64,000 nucleotides of DNA from an uncultured Rivularia sp. (GCA_963665115.1 OY762007.1:3744001-3808000); one strand, 5' to 3'; shown: positions 20,471-31,407, counted from the stretch's first letter. Notes: a model not told the origin generated them from the letters alone. Numbers and translations: made by a program.

Positions 20471-20761
20471 TTAGTAGGTTGCAGAGATTGCTAAGGAGTT
20501 GGAGTGTGATTGCTTGCAATCGGTGTAGGTTAGCGAGAAGGTTTCGGTCAATGTGTTATAACCGAATGCGTTTGCGCTCGATTCAGCAGTAGCCAAGTTG
20601 CCTTCTACATAAACAACAGAGTTAACATCTTTGTCGATATCGACGTTTTCATAGATGTCAACATTTACTTCAATATCTTTACTGATATCGAAATCGAAGT
20701 CACCACCAACAACAGCATTCCCTTCAACAGATTCTAAATAGTTTAAATCCGAAATAATCAT
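20471..20761 (-). CDS. Double-glycine-leader secreted peptide precursor, copy 1
   Basis: Leader MIISDLNYLESVEGNAVVGG; core variant ...DCKQ. Confidence 0.85.
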   Translation of the reverse strand: MIISDLNYLESVEGNAVVGGDFDFDISKDIEVNVDIYENVDIDKDVNSVVYVEGNLATAESSANAFGYNTLTETFSLTYTDCKQSHSNSLAISATY

Positions 20762-21073
20762 TTTTTGCTCCCGATAAATAATCGTTTTTAAGAATGTTTT
20801 TGTAAGCGCTTTGTTCTGGTTGCTTACATTTATAATATATACTTACGTATTTTTAAAGTCAACGCTTTTTTCTACTCTTTATATAAATAAAATATGTTTT
20901 AGAATTGTTAATTACTTGATAGGAAGAGCAAACAAAACAGCATAAAACGGACAAAAAGCTACTTTGTCTATCTTATGCTGCTTTATTATTATTTATTAGT
21001 TCGGCTTATTAAAAGCTGATTTTTGAATTTAATTACTCGCTTTTAATTGAAAAATAAATTGTTAAATTACCTA

Positions 21074-21853
21074 TTAAGCATAATTTTTTACTTCTTCTTG
21101 CAATTTAATATTATCCAAATTGAATTGAGCTTTTTGTATTAAAGGAACAGTCTTTGCCTTTAACCAATCAGTAAATAATTCATCAATAATTTTTTGACGT
21201 AAATCTTCTTCTAATTCAGGTTGAATAATTTCTTCAACCCAAATTAAATAGATACCTTTTGGTGACGTAATTGGCTTGATAATATGAAGCGGAGTTGCAG
21301 CAAATACAGCTGCTGCAACTTCTGGGCGAAAATCTTCGCGATGTCGGACTCCTTGATAGCCACCTGCACGGCGAAGTTCGGGATCTTGAATATATAAACG
21401 AGCGATTTCTGAGAATGTTATTTCACCCTCTTCAAACGCATAAAATAACTCTAATGCTAAGTCCCTATCTTCTAAGATGACTTCATAAGTGACAGCAGCT
21501 TCATAATTGATTCGGTTTTCGTAAAAGAATTTTTCAATTTGAGGCGCGAATAAATGATTGGCTAGTTTCTTGGAAATCAGGCTGTTACGAACTAATTCCT
21601 CAAAGTTTTGTACTGATAAATGGTTTCTGTTTAGCCAACCCCAAGTATCTTTGGCTGTAGCAAGCTTCTTGTCTAAGCGAAGTTTATCTCCTTCCTGCTG
21701 TAATTCTGCCTCTGTTACCTCAATTCGGGCTTCTGAGGCAGCTTGATTAATTACTGTTTGAGTTGCGATCGCCTCTACAATGTCAGGAATCTGACAAGAT
21801 AACTTTAGCTGATGAATAATCTCTGTAGTTGAAATGTTTAATTGTTCGCCCAT
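21074..21853 (-). CDS. PpiC/SurA-like peptidyl-prolyl isomerase (foldase) of cyanobacterial peptide-export clusters
   Basis: LALELFYAFEEGEITFSEIARLY, RRAGGYQG, PEVAAAVF, KPITSPKGIYLIWV. Start taken at MGEQ (21853); the ORF extends to 21922. Confidence 0.8.
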   Translation of the reverse strand: MGEQLNISTTEIIHQLKLSCQIPDIVEAIATQTVINQAASEARIEVTEAELQQEGDKLRLDKKLATAKDTWGWLNRNHLSVQNFEELVRNSLISKKLANHLFAPQIEKFFYENRINYEAAVTYEVILEDRDLALELFYAFEEGEITFSEIARLYIQDPELRRAGGYQGVRHREDFRPEVAAAVFAATPLHIIKPITSPKGIYLIWVEEIIQPELEEDLRQKIIDELFTDWLKAKTVPLIQKAQFNLDNIKLQEEVKNYA

Positions 21854-22267
21854 AATGCTATTCTTCTGTAAAACATTTTTTAAATTTAACTTCTTGCAAC
21901 GAGCAAGAAACCGGGTTTCCAAAGGCTCATTGAGTATAGTGCAAGAACTCAGTTTTATAAAACTTATACCAATTCCAAAAACGTTGGCGGCAGATATCCC
22001 AGCCTTGCTACGCGCAGCTTGTCCAAAGTATTAGGTAGAATTGGAGAAAGATTTTGGTTTTGTCCGTATATCGCATTCATTTTTTCTGCACAGTATTACG
22101 CAATCGAAACAATAAATTAAGTATTAATAATTATTTAGACGTGAGAATTTGCCCAAGCTCTTTTCCATAAGGTGGCTCGTATAAGTCCTGTCTAATCTTT
22201 TTAAACAAACTCTGATATGGAGTTTTTATGCTTAGATGTTAATTAAAGCTTAATTTGAAGATATAGT

Positions 22268-22492
22268 CTAGGTAGCAATGGTTCTAAAAATGGTTTTATC
22301 TGATGCTGAGATAAGTGATAATTCTGTATCAATTTTTTCTGCTAATTTGTAAGCCATTGATGGAGGATTTCGGTAGTTACTGGCAGTTTTCCTAAATCCC
22401 CATCGTCTGGCTTCAACTTCGGAAACTCCGAACTCTTCAGCTAATTTGCGGTAACTCCAGCCATGTTTTCTCATTAGTTCGATTGGATGCAT
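22268..22492 (-). CDS. Small helix-turn-helix (XRE/Cro-like) protein
   Basis: HTH pattern GWSYRKLAEEFGVSEVEARRW; AGGAG RBS upstream. Confidence 0.65.
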   Translation of the reverse strand: MHPIELMRKHGWSYRKLAEEFGVSEVEARRWGFRKTASNYRNPPSMAYKLAEKIDTELSLISASDKTIFRTIAT

Positions 22493-22703
22493 AACTTTTC
22501 TCCTGATGTACTATTTTCTCAAGCGTGAGTTGATATGTAGTAAATATGGTTATTAATTGGGGTTGCACTTATAATCTTGAAATTATACGCAAGCCCTAAA
22601 ACTCGGTATAGCTTGAAACTTTGTCCGAATTTAAGATTCATTCAATTTTGGATTATCATCTTCTTAAAAGAAAAATAAATCCAGATTCACCGGCAACCTA
22701 GAC

Positions 22704-24266
22704 TTATGATCTGTCTTTCTGCATTTTTTTAAATGGATCTAAAACAAAATCAATTATCCGACGTTGACGAATAATCACCTCTGCATCAGCTGTTTGTCCG
22801 GGGTTTAAAGTAATACGCTTTTCGCCATTGTCTACGTATTGCTTATCCAGGGAGATTTCTAGCTCAAAACTTTCACTGTTTCCTTGGGCTGTTGGCTGTA
22901 CTTTCGAGTCGGGAGATACCCAAGCAACTTTCCCTTCCACAATCCCGTATTCTTGATAAGGATAAGCATCAAATTTGACTTTAACTGGCATTCCTACTTT
23001 TAAGAAACCACTATCTTGTATTGGCATACTCGCTTTGAGAACAACGCCAGTATTCTTGGGAGCAATTTGTGCTATTCTTTGACCGGGCTGTAGAACTTCT
23101 CCAGGTTTGCTAACTGGTAACTCAAAAATTATCCCGTCAATTGGCGATCGCACTATTCTTTGCTGTAACTGTAGCTTTAAGGATGCAATTTGACTGCGTG
23201 TTTGAGCTATTTGAGATTCAGTCGCTAAAATTTTGCTGCTGGTATCTTTGAGTTGTTCTTGAGTTCGCAAAATTGAGAGTTTGGCTGTTTTTAACAAAGT
23301 TTGATAGCTGTTTTGTTGTTCTTTTAATCTCAGCTTGGCTTGCTCGATGTCAGCAGAAAGTTGATTCATTGTTGCCTGATAGCGGCTTGTTTCTTCGGCT
23401 AGACGTAATTGTGCTTGTTTTCCATCAGATAAACTTCTGTCATATAGTCGTTTACTTTCTTGTTGCTCTTTTCTTAGACGATCGACTTGATTTTCAGAAA
23501 CCGCTCCATCCTTGACTAATCGGCTGAAGCGGCTAACTCTTTTGGTATCTATAGTTAAACGGTTTTGAGCGAACTGTTGCTCGTTACTATTTGCTTTAAT
23601 CTGCTGTTGTACTTGATTGAGTAAAGCTTGTTTTTCTAATTTCTGTAGCCGGTAAGCACTCTGTTTCGCATCCAGATTTTGGCTTGCTTGCTGTACTTGA
23701 GCCGTTTTTTCCAAGGCTTGAGATTGATTTTGTTCTTCCTGAATGCTTATTGTTGATAATAGTTGATTTTTCAGTATATCTAATTGTGCTTTTTGGTTTT
23801 CCAATCCAGAAAGCTTTGCTTGAGTCTGCTGTAAATCCGTTTCTAAAATATCGGAGTCGAGTTCTAAAAGAATTTGCCCGGATTTTACCGTATCGCCTTC
23901 CTTAACTGTAACAGCTTTGACACTTCCGCCAGTTCTGGTATCCAGTTTTCTTGTTGCACCTTTCGGTTCGATACGTCCTTTAGCACTTCCCGTTTCATCT
24001 ATTTTCGAGAAAGTAGCCCAAGGTAAAGCCAGGAATATAAAGCCTAACAAAACGTATAATACACCCCTCGTCCATAGCTTGGGTAAACTATCTAAAAGTT
24101 CTTCTGTGGCATAGTGCAAATCGCCTCCCGTATCCGAAGTTGCACTTGATTGCGATTTTTGATCGGTATATTCCGCGTCTGTTTTCGGATTTTGATTGCT
24201 GTTTTGACTCTTGTTATATTCTTCTTCAACAAATGCTGCTGAGCTATCTGGTGATACATATGTCAT
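22704..24266 (-). CDS. HlyD-family type I secretion membrane fusion protein
   Basis: Single TM helix, VKEGDTVKSGQILLEL, long coiled coil, VRSPIDGII, KFDAYPYQEYG. Start at MTYV (24266) with an AGGAG RBS. Confidence 0.9.
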   Translation of the reverse strand: MTYVSPDSSAAFVEEEYNKSQNSNQNPKTDAEYTDQKSQSSATSDTGGDLHYATEELLDSLPKLWTRGVLYVLLGFIFLALPWATFSKIDETGSAKGRIEPKGATRKLDTRTGGSVKAVTVKEGDTVKSGQILLELDSDILETDLQQTQAKLSGLENQKAQLDILKNQLLSTISIQEEQNQSQALEKTAQVQQASQNLDAKQSAYRLQKLEKQALLNQVQQQIKANSNEQQFAQNRLTIDTKRVSRFSRLVKDGAVSENQVDRLRKEQQESKRLYDRSLSDGKQAQLRLAEETSRYQATMNQLSADIEQAKLRLKEQQNSYQTLLKTAKLSILRTQEQLKDTSSKILATESQIAQTRSQIASLKLQLQQRIVRSPIDGIIFELPVSKPGEVLQPGQRIAQIAPKNTGVVLKASMPIQDSGFLKVGMPVKVKFDAYPYQEYGIVEGKVAWVSPDSKVQPTAQGNSESFELEISLDKQYVDNGEKRITLNPGQTADAEVIIRQRRIIDFVLDPFKKMQKDRS

Positions 24267-24423
24267 AGTTTTAACTCCTGATTTGTAAACAAGGAAACGG
24301 GAGAGGGGGGATGGGGAGGTCAAAGGTTATATGTAAGAATTAAGAAGATATAAGTCCCGTTATTTAAGATATTTGCTCATTACCCACTACCTATTACCCA
24401 TTACCAATGCCCAATCCCCAACT

Positions 24424-27400
24424 TTAAGCAGTTTGCGACAACTGCTGTTGATTAAGGTAAAAATAATGACCTTTTTTGTCTATTAATTCTTGATGATTTC
24501 CGCTTTCCACCAATACACCTTTGTCCATCACCAAAATCAAGTCTGCGTTGCGTACTGTCGATAAACGGTGAGCAATAATTACGCTTGTTCTACCTTTGAG
24601 AATCGTTTTCAGATTGTTTTGAATGATACGCTCTGATTCCGTGTCCAGATGACTGGTAGCTTCATCAAACAGTAACAAGCGGGGATTACCCAGTAAAGCA
24701 CGGGCGATCGCCAGGCGTTGCCGCTGTCCTCCAGAGAGCAATCCACCACCTTCACCGATTTGGGTTTCATAGCTTAGCGGTAGTTGTTGGATAAAATCAT
24801 CTGCCCCGGCTAATTGTGCGGCTTGGATAACGTCATCAATAGTTGCTTCTGGGTGAGCAATGGCAATGTTTTCGCGGATAGTACCACCGAATAAAAAGGT
24901 GTCTTGATCTACAACACCGACTTGAGAACGCAGCGAGCGTAAAGCAATCCCATTTACATCCTGACCATCAATTAATACTTTGCCGTCTGTGGGTGGATAT
25001 AACCCTAAAATCAATTTAGAAAGAGTTGTTTTTCCCGAACCACTGCGGCCTACTAAAGCTACCATTTGTTCGGGTTTGATTTCTAAGTTGATATTTTCGA
25101 GTATATTACTCTTACTTTCAGGGTGATAGCGGAAGGTAACATTATCAAAGCGAATGTGACCGTTTAGTCTCTCCAGAATTTTGCGGGGCTTATTATGCAA
25201 GTCTTCTTCGGGTTCTGCCTCTAGGACATCATTAAGACGTTCGGTGGAAATAACAATTTCCTGAAATTGATTCCACAGTTGAGAAAATCTCTGGAAAGGG
25301 GCCTAAGACGTTACCCACCAACATATTAAAAGCAACTAACTGACCGACGCTAAGTTCTCCTTGAATTACCTGCCACGCTCCAAACCACATTAAACCCGTA
25401 CTTGTGAAGGTTTGAATTCCACTAGTAAGCATGGTAAGGCGAATCCCAATCAGCTTAGCTTTAAATGATTTTTTTACCCGATTGTTTAATAGTTCCTCCC
25501 ATTTCCAACGTACAGACTGTTCAATTGCCAGCGATCGCACCGTGCGAATTCCCGTCAAAGATTCGATAATATAGCTGTTTTCCTCGGCTCCGGCATTAAA
25601 AATTTCTCTGGAGATACGGCGTAAAATCCCCGTACTAGCCAGCGCCAGAATGAAAAATGGCGGTACTGTTATCAGCACAAATAATGTCATTTTCCAGCTA
25701 TACCAAAACATCAGGGTGAGATAAACCACTAATGTCAGCATATCTAGGACAATAGACAGGGTTTGTCCGGTAAGAAAACTTTGAATTTTCTGGTTTTCTT
25801 TGATGCGCGAAATAATATCCCCAACAAAACGGGATTCAAAATAGGCAAGAGGCAACCCAAAGGTATGCTTAATAAAGCCTACTAGTAAAGAGACACTGAT
25901 ACGGTTAGCAGTATGAGCGAGCAGGTACGATCGCACTCCGTTCATGGCAATATTGAATAACCCAAAAACGATCATTCCCAAACCAACCGCATTTAAAGTG
26001 GCAATGCTGCGCTGTACCAATACTCTATCTAGTAACAATTGGGTGAAAATAGGTGTTACCAGCCCAAATAGCTGCATAATCACCGAAGCGATAAAGACTT
26101 CTATAAGGACTTTGTAATGAGGTTTGACTAACTCAACAAACTTCCATAAGCCAACATCTTGATTTTCGGTATTTTTGAGCAGGGCTGTGGGTTGTAGCAA
26201 TAAGGCATAGCCAGTCCAGTCTGCTGTAAATTCCTCGTGAGTCAGAGTACGCGAACCGCGAGCTGGATCGCCGACAATTACTTTTTTCTGATTAATTTCA
26301 TAAACAACAATAAAGTGATTTCCCTTCCAGTGGGCGATCGCCGGTAAAGATTGTTCTGCTAATTTCTCTAAAGTAGCTTTTACCGGACGAGTTGCAAAAC
26401 CTATATTTTCTGCCGCAGATGCCAAAGCACGTAAAGAAGCACCACTGCGCCCCGCATTAGTCATATCTCGCAAGCGACTAACGCTAAAATATTTGCCCCA
26501 ATAACGACCAACCATTACCAAGGAAGCTGCACCGCAGTCGGAGGAGCTTTGTTGGGCATAATAAGGGTACCGCTTTGTTAACTGTCCCAACCAATGCCCC
26601 ATTTTTACCTTCGGGCTGGGAAAGTAAGCACGAGATATTTTTTTATCGGGTTTTGCTTGGTTATCTCCTTTTGGAAACGGAATTATTTTATTGCTAGAGT
26701 GCAACCGTTTCTGATGAAGAATTTTTTCTAGGTGGCTGATGTTTTCGAGAAATCCGATCTTTTGGGGAAATTTTGGGGCGATCGCCATTAGTCGTAATAA
26801 ATTCTGCTAATTCCGGGCAATGTTGCAGTGCTGTTTGCAAGTCTTCTTGTTTGAGAAAATAAGCAATAGTAGGTTGAACTACTTGTAAGTTATCTTGTTT
26901 TTCAAAAGAATATATCTTACCCAGCGTCAGAAGTTCGTTATCGGAATTTAATATTTCACCTCGATGTAACAGCCACAATTTAAAATCTTGTTCCCAAGGG
27001 ATTTTTGCAGAGGCTTCTAATTTATACTTTTCAAATAGCGATAAAGCCTGAAGTAACCCGCTAACTTGAGATGAATATTGAGGAAATTGGGAGTTTTGCC
27101 GACATAACAGTAGTAAATCCCAAATGTCTGCTTTATCTAACAATTTTTGACGAATTTTAGGATATTTATCCATCAAAGACTGTAGAACTTCTTGTTTAAG
27201 AAAGCAAATTTTTAAATTATGCGATGCTCTACCAGCATAAGGAATAAATTGTTGCTCAAATAAAGTAGCTTCACCGAATGATTCTCCTGCTGAAAGGGTT
27301 GTAACTAGATTTTCAAAGTAGTCTAAAAGTCTAACTTTCCCGTCAAGGACAATATAAAGCCCTTTTTCAGCTTCCGTTACCTGCCAAAACAGCTTCGCAA

Positions 27401-27512
27401 CTGGTACATCTATCGTTTCAGCCGTTTCTATACAATTTCGTAATTCCTGCTCCGAGATGTTTTCACCTAAAGCGGAAGTAATTTTTTGTTCTATATTGTC
27501 TTGTACAAACAC
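24424..27512 (-). CDS. Peptidase-containing ABC exporter (cNMP-binding + C39 peptidase + TMD + ATPase), split by two frameshifts
   Basis: cNMP domain in 26694..27512. C39 motifs QQSSSDCGAA and NHFIVV in 25232..26788. Intact ATPase motifs GRSGSGKT, LSGGQRQ, DEATS, IAHRL in 24424..25200. Removing one base at 25293-25301 gives GPFQRFSQLWNQFQEIVISTERLNDV. Confidence 0.88.
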
Positions 27513-28306
27513 TGTTTCACCTAAAAATATTCGTAGTTACAATTATTATTTATGAGTTTTTTTGTATTAGAAATTAAGGTAATCAAATTTAAGCAATCTA
27601 GCATAAATAGATTATTAATTTTCATTTTCGCCGCAAACAAGTGAATACGGCTAATTAAACATATAAATGATGCTTAACAAGACCTAGACTTTGATTTATA
27701 AATTCTTTCGCAGCCATAAAAATGTTTTAATCTGTTTCTTTGATAAATCATGCAGCCATACATTCACCATTTTTTGATCGATGGTGATAGTACAAATAGT
27801 TCACATAACTTTAAAAGAATTTTTTTGTAAACTAAACTTTAGGAATATTACGAAATATTATCTAGCCGTTTATTCTCTTAACTTCCAAAATAAATGGAAG
27901 TTAACTTTAATAAAAAAATCTCAAAAAGACTTTAGTCTTAGGTTAACTATAGAGAACTAATAGAAAAGCATTGACGCTCTAGCTACTTATTATTGCATTA
28001 AAATACAGATTAGTTCTTTCACTATCAGCAAAGATTCATGTATATAAAATTAGCTTGAAGTAGATTTAGATACTAAGCGGTAAATATTGATTTCATATCC
28101 GTCTAACTTTGCTTTCCTTCTTTAATTCTTAGTAAATTTGCCTACTTTATGTCAATACTTTTTTGCGGTTAAGTAAAAATCTTTATATTAGGTTTATAAT
28201 GCTTGTACTAATTCTGTATGAGGCTACTGAAACGAAGTCCCTCGGGGTATCTCCTCCAGAGATGCGGCGCTAACACACTCTCCTCACCACGCACGAGGGT
28301 TGGTAA

Positions 28307-29861
28307 CTGTTATCTAATCTTTACCCATAAATAGACATATTTACCCATATTGTCCAGATATAGTGTTAGGCGTGTAATAGGTATTTACAGTAAAGTCTGC
28401 CGTGGGGAGTATCCCCACGGCGAGCTTTACAACAAAGCGATGGTTAAAAGTTGTTGAGGCGAATCAGCAACTTTGCCTTTTATGCTAGTTGAATTTTTAA
28501 GAATTAATAATTTTAACATTTACACTATTAATGGTAGTAAGAAGGATGATATGTTTATATCTAAATAATCTAAAAATAGATAGTTTAAATTTCTAAAAGT
28601 TGAAGTCGGAAAGATTATACAATGTTACTCGGATTTAAAACAGAATTAAAATTAAATAACAATCAAAGAACTGTTTTACTTAAACATTGTGGAGTTTCTA
28701 GACATGCTTGGAATTGGGGATTAGCATTAACCCGCGCAATATTAGAAAATAATAAAATTAATCCTGATTCTAAAATAAAATTTCCAAGTGCGATTGATTT
28801 GCATAAATACTTAGTAGCTTTGGTCAAACCAGAAAATTCTTGGTACTATGAGTGTTCTAAGTCTGCACCACAATACTCTTTAAGAAATTTATCTACTGCT
28901 TGGAAAAGATGCTTCAAAAAAATCAGTGGTCAACCAAGATTTAAAAAGAAAGGTAAGAATGATTCGTTTACTTTAGAAGGAACTTGTAAGACTATAAATA
29001 GTTTTACTATTCAAGTTCCAAAGATAGGTAAATTAAAAACTTATGAAAGATTACCATCTCTAGATAAAATAAAATCTGTAACTATATCCCGTCAAGCTGA
29101 TAGGTGGTTTATCAGCTTTAAGATTGATATCCAAATACAGAATAATTGTAATACAACTGTCGTAGGTGTAGATTTAGGAGTCAAATCTCTGGCTACTTTA
29201 TCAACAGGTGAAGTTATAGAGGGAGCAAAATCCTATCGTAAAAATAAGACTAAATTATCTCGATTGCAGTGGTTAAATCGCAATAAAATAATTGGTTCTA
29301 AAAATTGGAGAAAAGCTCAACTGAAAATAGCTCGACTTCATAGAAGAATTTCCAATATAAGAGCATATTCTATCCATAAATTGACATCATTATTAGCCAA
29401 GAACCACGGAACGATAGTGATAGAAGATTTAAATGTATCGGGTATGATGAAAAATCATAAACTAGCCTTATCGATTTCTGATATGGGATTTTATGAAGTT
29501 AGAAGACAACTTGAATACAAATGTAAATTGTACGGTTCTAAATTAGTTGTAGTAGATAGATGGTTCCCATCATCTAAAGCTTGTTCTAATTGTGGTCATA
29601 AAAAGGAAGTACTCTCTCTAAGTGAAAGACTGTTTGATTGTGAGAACTGTAATTTTACGATTGACCGCGATTTAAACGCTGCAATCAATTTATGTAAGGC
29701 CGGAGGCGGAGCGTCTCCGGCTCCGCTGTCAGTTAGACAGTTTCAGCCTGTGGATGGGAAGTAGCCGACTACCCCAGTTTGAAGCAGGAAGTAAACGCCA
29801 AAATGATATATGTCTAGATTTGTCTATTTATAGGTAGTTTTGGGTAAGTTTTATGTAACGG
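28307..29861 (+). mobile_element. Non-autonomous IS607/IS200-605-type element carrying only tnpB
   Basis: Left end ctgttatctaatctttacccataaatagaca resembles the reverse complement of right end tgtctatttataggtagttttgggtaagttttatgtaacgg. No tnpA ORF. Boundaries approximate. Confidence 0.65.
28622..29764 (+). CDS. tnpB: TnpB RNA-guided endonuclease
   Basis: N-terminus MLLGFKTELKLN. RuvC motifs GVDLG, IEDLNV and DRDLNAAIN, plus Zn finger CSNC...CENC, all intact. Confidence 0.92.
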   Translation: MLLGFKTELKLNNNQRTVLLKHCGVSRHAWNWGLALTRAILENNKINPDSKIKFPSAIDLHKYLVALVKPENSWYYECSKSAPQYSLRNLSTAWKRCFKKISGQPRFKKKGKNDSFTLEGTCKTINSFTIQVPKIGKLKTYERLPSLDKIKSVTISRQADRWFISFKIDIQIQNNCNTTVVGVDLGVKSLATLSTGEVIEGAKSYRKNKTKLSRLQWLNRNKIIGSKNWRKAQLKIARLHRRISNIRAYSIHKLTSLLAKNHGTIVIEDLNVSGMMKNHKLALSISDMGFYEVRRQLEYKCKLYGSKLVVVDRWFPSSKACSNCGHKKEVLSLSERLFDCENCNFTIDRDLNAAINLCKAGGGASPAPLSVRQFQPVDGK

Positions 29862-30033
29862 TGATTCACTGGCTGCGCTAGCTAAATCAAGCGCATTTTG
29901 ATAAATAAATCGTAGTAGATCGTGACTTTATTAAAGGGTTCGTAGTAATAAGTGACTTATTACCCGAATTTGGGACTAAAGTCCTCACTACGAACCTTGA
30001 TTTCCCGGCAATTCTAAGTTGTTCGAGTACTAA

Positions 30034-30798
30034 TCAACTAAAGAAACCTGAAGAACTAGTAAGTTCAAAGTTGTAGTATATGTAGTCAAATTCAACATCT
30101 AACCATTGTTGAAACATATTATCAAGAATTTCTTGATATCGGTTGGGCGTTAATTCTGCGGGTATATAGTCTTCAACTATAAATAAATGATACCCATTTT
30201 CAGTTTTGATCGGACCAACCAATTGTTTCGGAGATGCGCTAAATACTAGAGGTGCTATTTCTGGCATGACAGCCCATCGATAAACTTTTCCCTCGTACCC
30301 GCATTTATATCTACGATTTTCATCAATATCGTGAAGACGAGCTGCTTGATAAAAGCTGATTTCACCTTCTTCAATCTGATAATACAATTCTTGAGCTAGT
30401 TTGTCGTCGTCTACAATAAATTGGTATAAAACAACTTGTTCAAATTTTGAGCGGTTTTTAATGAAAAACTGTTCTACTTCCTTACCAAATAGTGTCATAG
30501 ATAGCTTTTGTTTGAGCAAAAGGTTGCGAATCCCAACTTCCCAATCTAACGGAGTCAGCATTTGCTGTTCTAACCATTTAACTGTGTCGCTAGCTTTTTC
30601 TAAACGTTTGTCTCTACGCTGACGGTTTGCTTCAATCTCAATTTCTTCTGTAGTAACATTTATACCTTTTTGAAGTGCAGTTTTTTCAATAATTCTTTGA
30701 TATAGAACCGCTATACATATTTCTTTTAACTTTATTTCCGTTTTGAGGAAGTTAATAATTTCATCAGGCTCCATAACTATTTTTAATTGGTTATTCAT
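30034..30798 (-). CDS. Second PpiC/SurA-like peptidyl-prolyl isomerase (foldase)
   Basis: LAQELYYQIEEGEISFYQAARLH, CGYEG, GPIKTENGYHLFIV; paralog of 21074..21853. Confidence 0.8.
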   Translation of the reverse strand: MNNQLKIVMEPDEIINFLKTEIKLKEICIAVLYQRIIEKTALQKGINVTTEEIEIEANRQRRDKRLEKASDTVKWLEQQMLTPLDWEVGIRNLLLKQKLSMTLFGKEVEQFFIKNRSKFEQVVLYQFIVDDDKLAQELYYQIEEGEISFYQAARLHDIDENRRYKCGYEGKVYRWAVMPEIAPLVFSASPKQLVGPIKTENGYHLFIVEDYIPAELTPNRYQEILDNMFQQWLDVEFDYIYYNFELTSSSGFFS

Positions 30799-31179
30799 AG
30801 GTAAATTTTAGGAAAATAAATTGTCATGGCATAAAATTAGAAAAGGAAAAAGTATTCGCTTTATAGTCTTGTGCTTACTGAAATATATTTATTTCAATAT
30901 TTAAGTAAAATCACTATGGCATCTGAATATTTTTATGAATATGAATATTGATTTGAGTTACAGTAGATTCTATAATCAAAAATAAGTAGATTACCTTATA
31001 ATTACTGCAAATCCTGTATTAGATGCTTCATTTTATCAAATATCTTCTATAACAATTTATTAATTGCCCCGATCAATACCTCCTCTCAAGTTTGTATCTT
31101 AAAATAAAAAAATATCAATTGTAGAAAATACTGAAAATGTTTTGGATGTATATAACAATAAATAATTGAAAGCTGGTCA

Positions 31180-31289
31180 TATACAGCATTTTGCAGATGA
31201 ATGAGGTACAAAGTTATATTCTAAAAGTCTTGTGGGATGGGCATCCCTGCCCGTCTGAATGTACTTCACCAAAGTCAAATATGCTGTAT
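31180..31289. mobile_element. ~108-bp MITE-like element with ATACAGCAT...ATGCTGTAT ends and an internal GGGCA/TGCCC hairpin
   Basis: Terminal inverted repeat and REP-like core visible in the sequence. Confidence 0.5.
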
Positions 31290-31407
31290 CTACTGGAGTA
31301 CTTATGCCTTCATTAATTGAATATTTTGTTTGGATAGGAAATAGGTTTGGGGGAACAGGGAACCGTTATATAACAGAGTAATAATTATATAAATAATGCG
31401 AGCTTAA

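Noticed and set aside
19240..20761. Lanthipeptide, cyanobactin or microviridin precursors
   Set aside because: The cores essentially lack Cys and family motifs, and no LanM, PatA/G, YcaO or ATP-grasp ligase genes lie in the cluster.
28371..28621. tnpA (serine recombinase or Y1 transposase) upstream of tnpB
   Set aside because: No open frame or recognisable motif in this 250-bp stretch.
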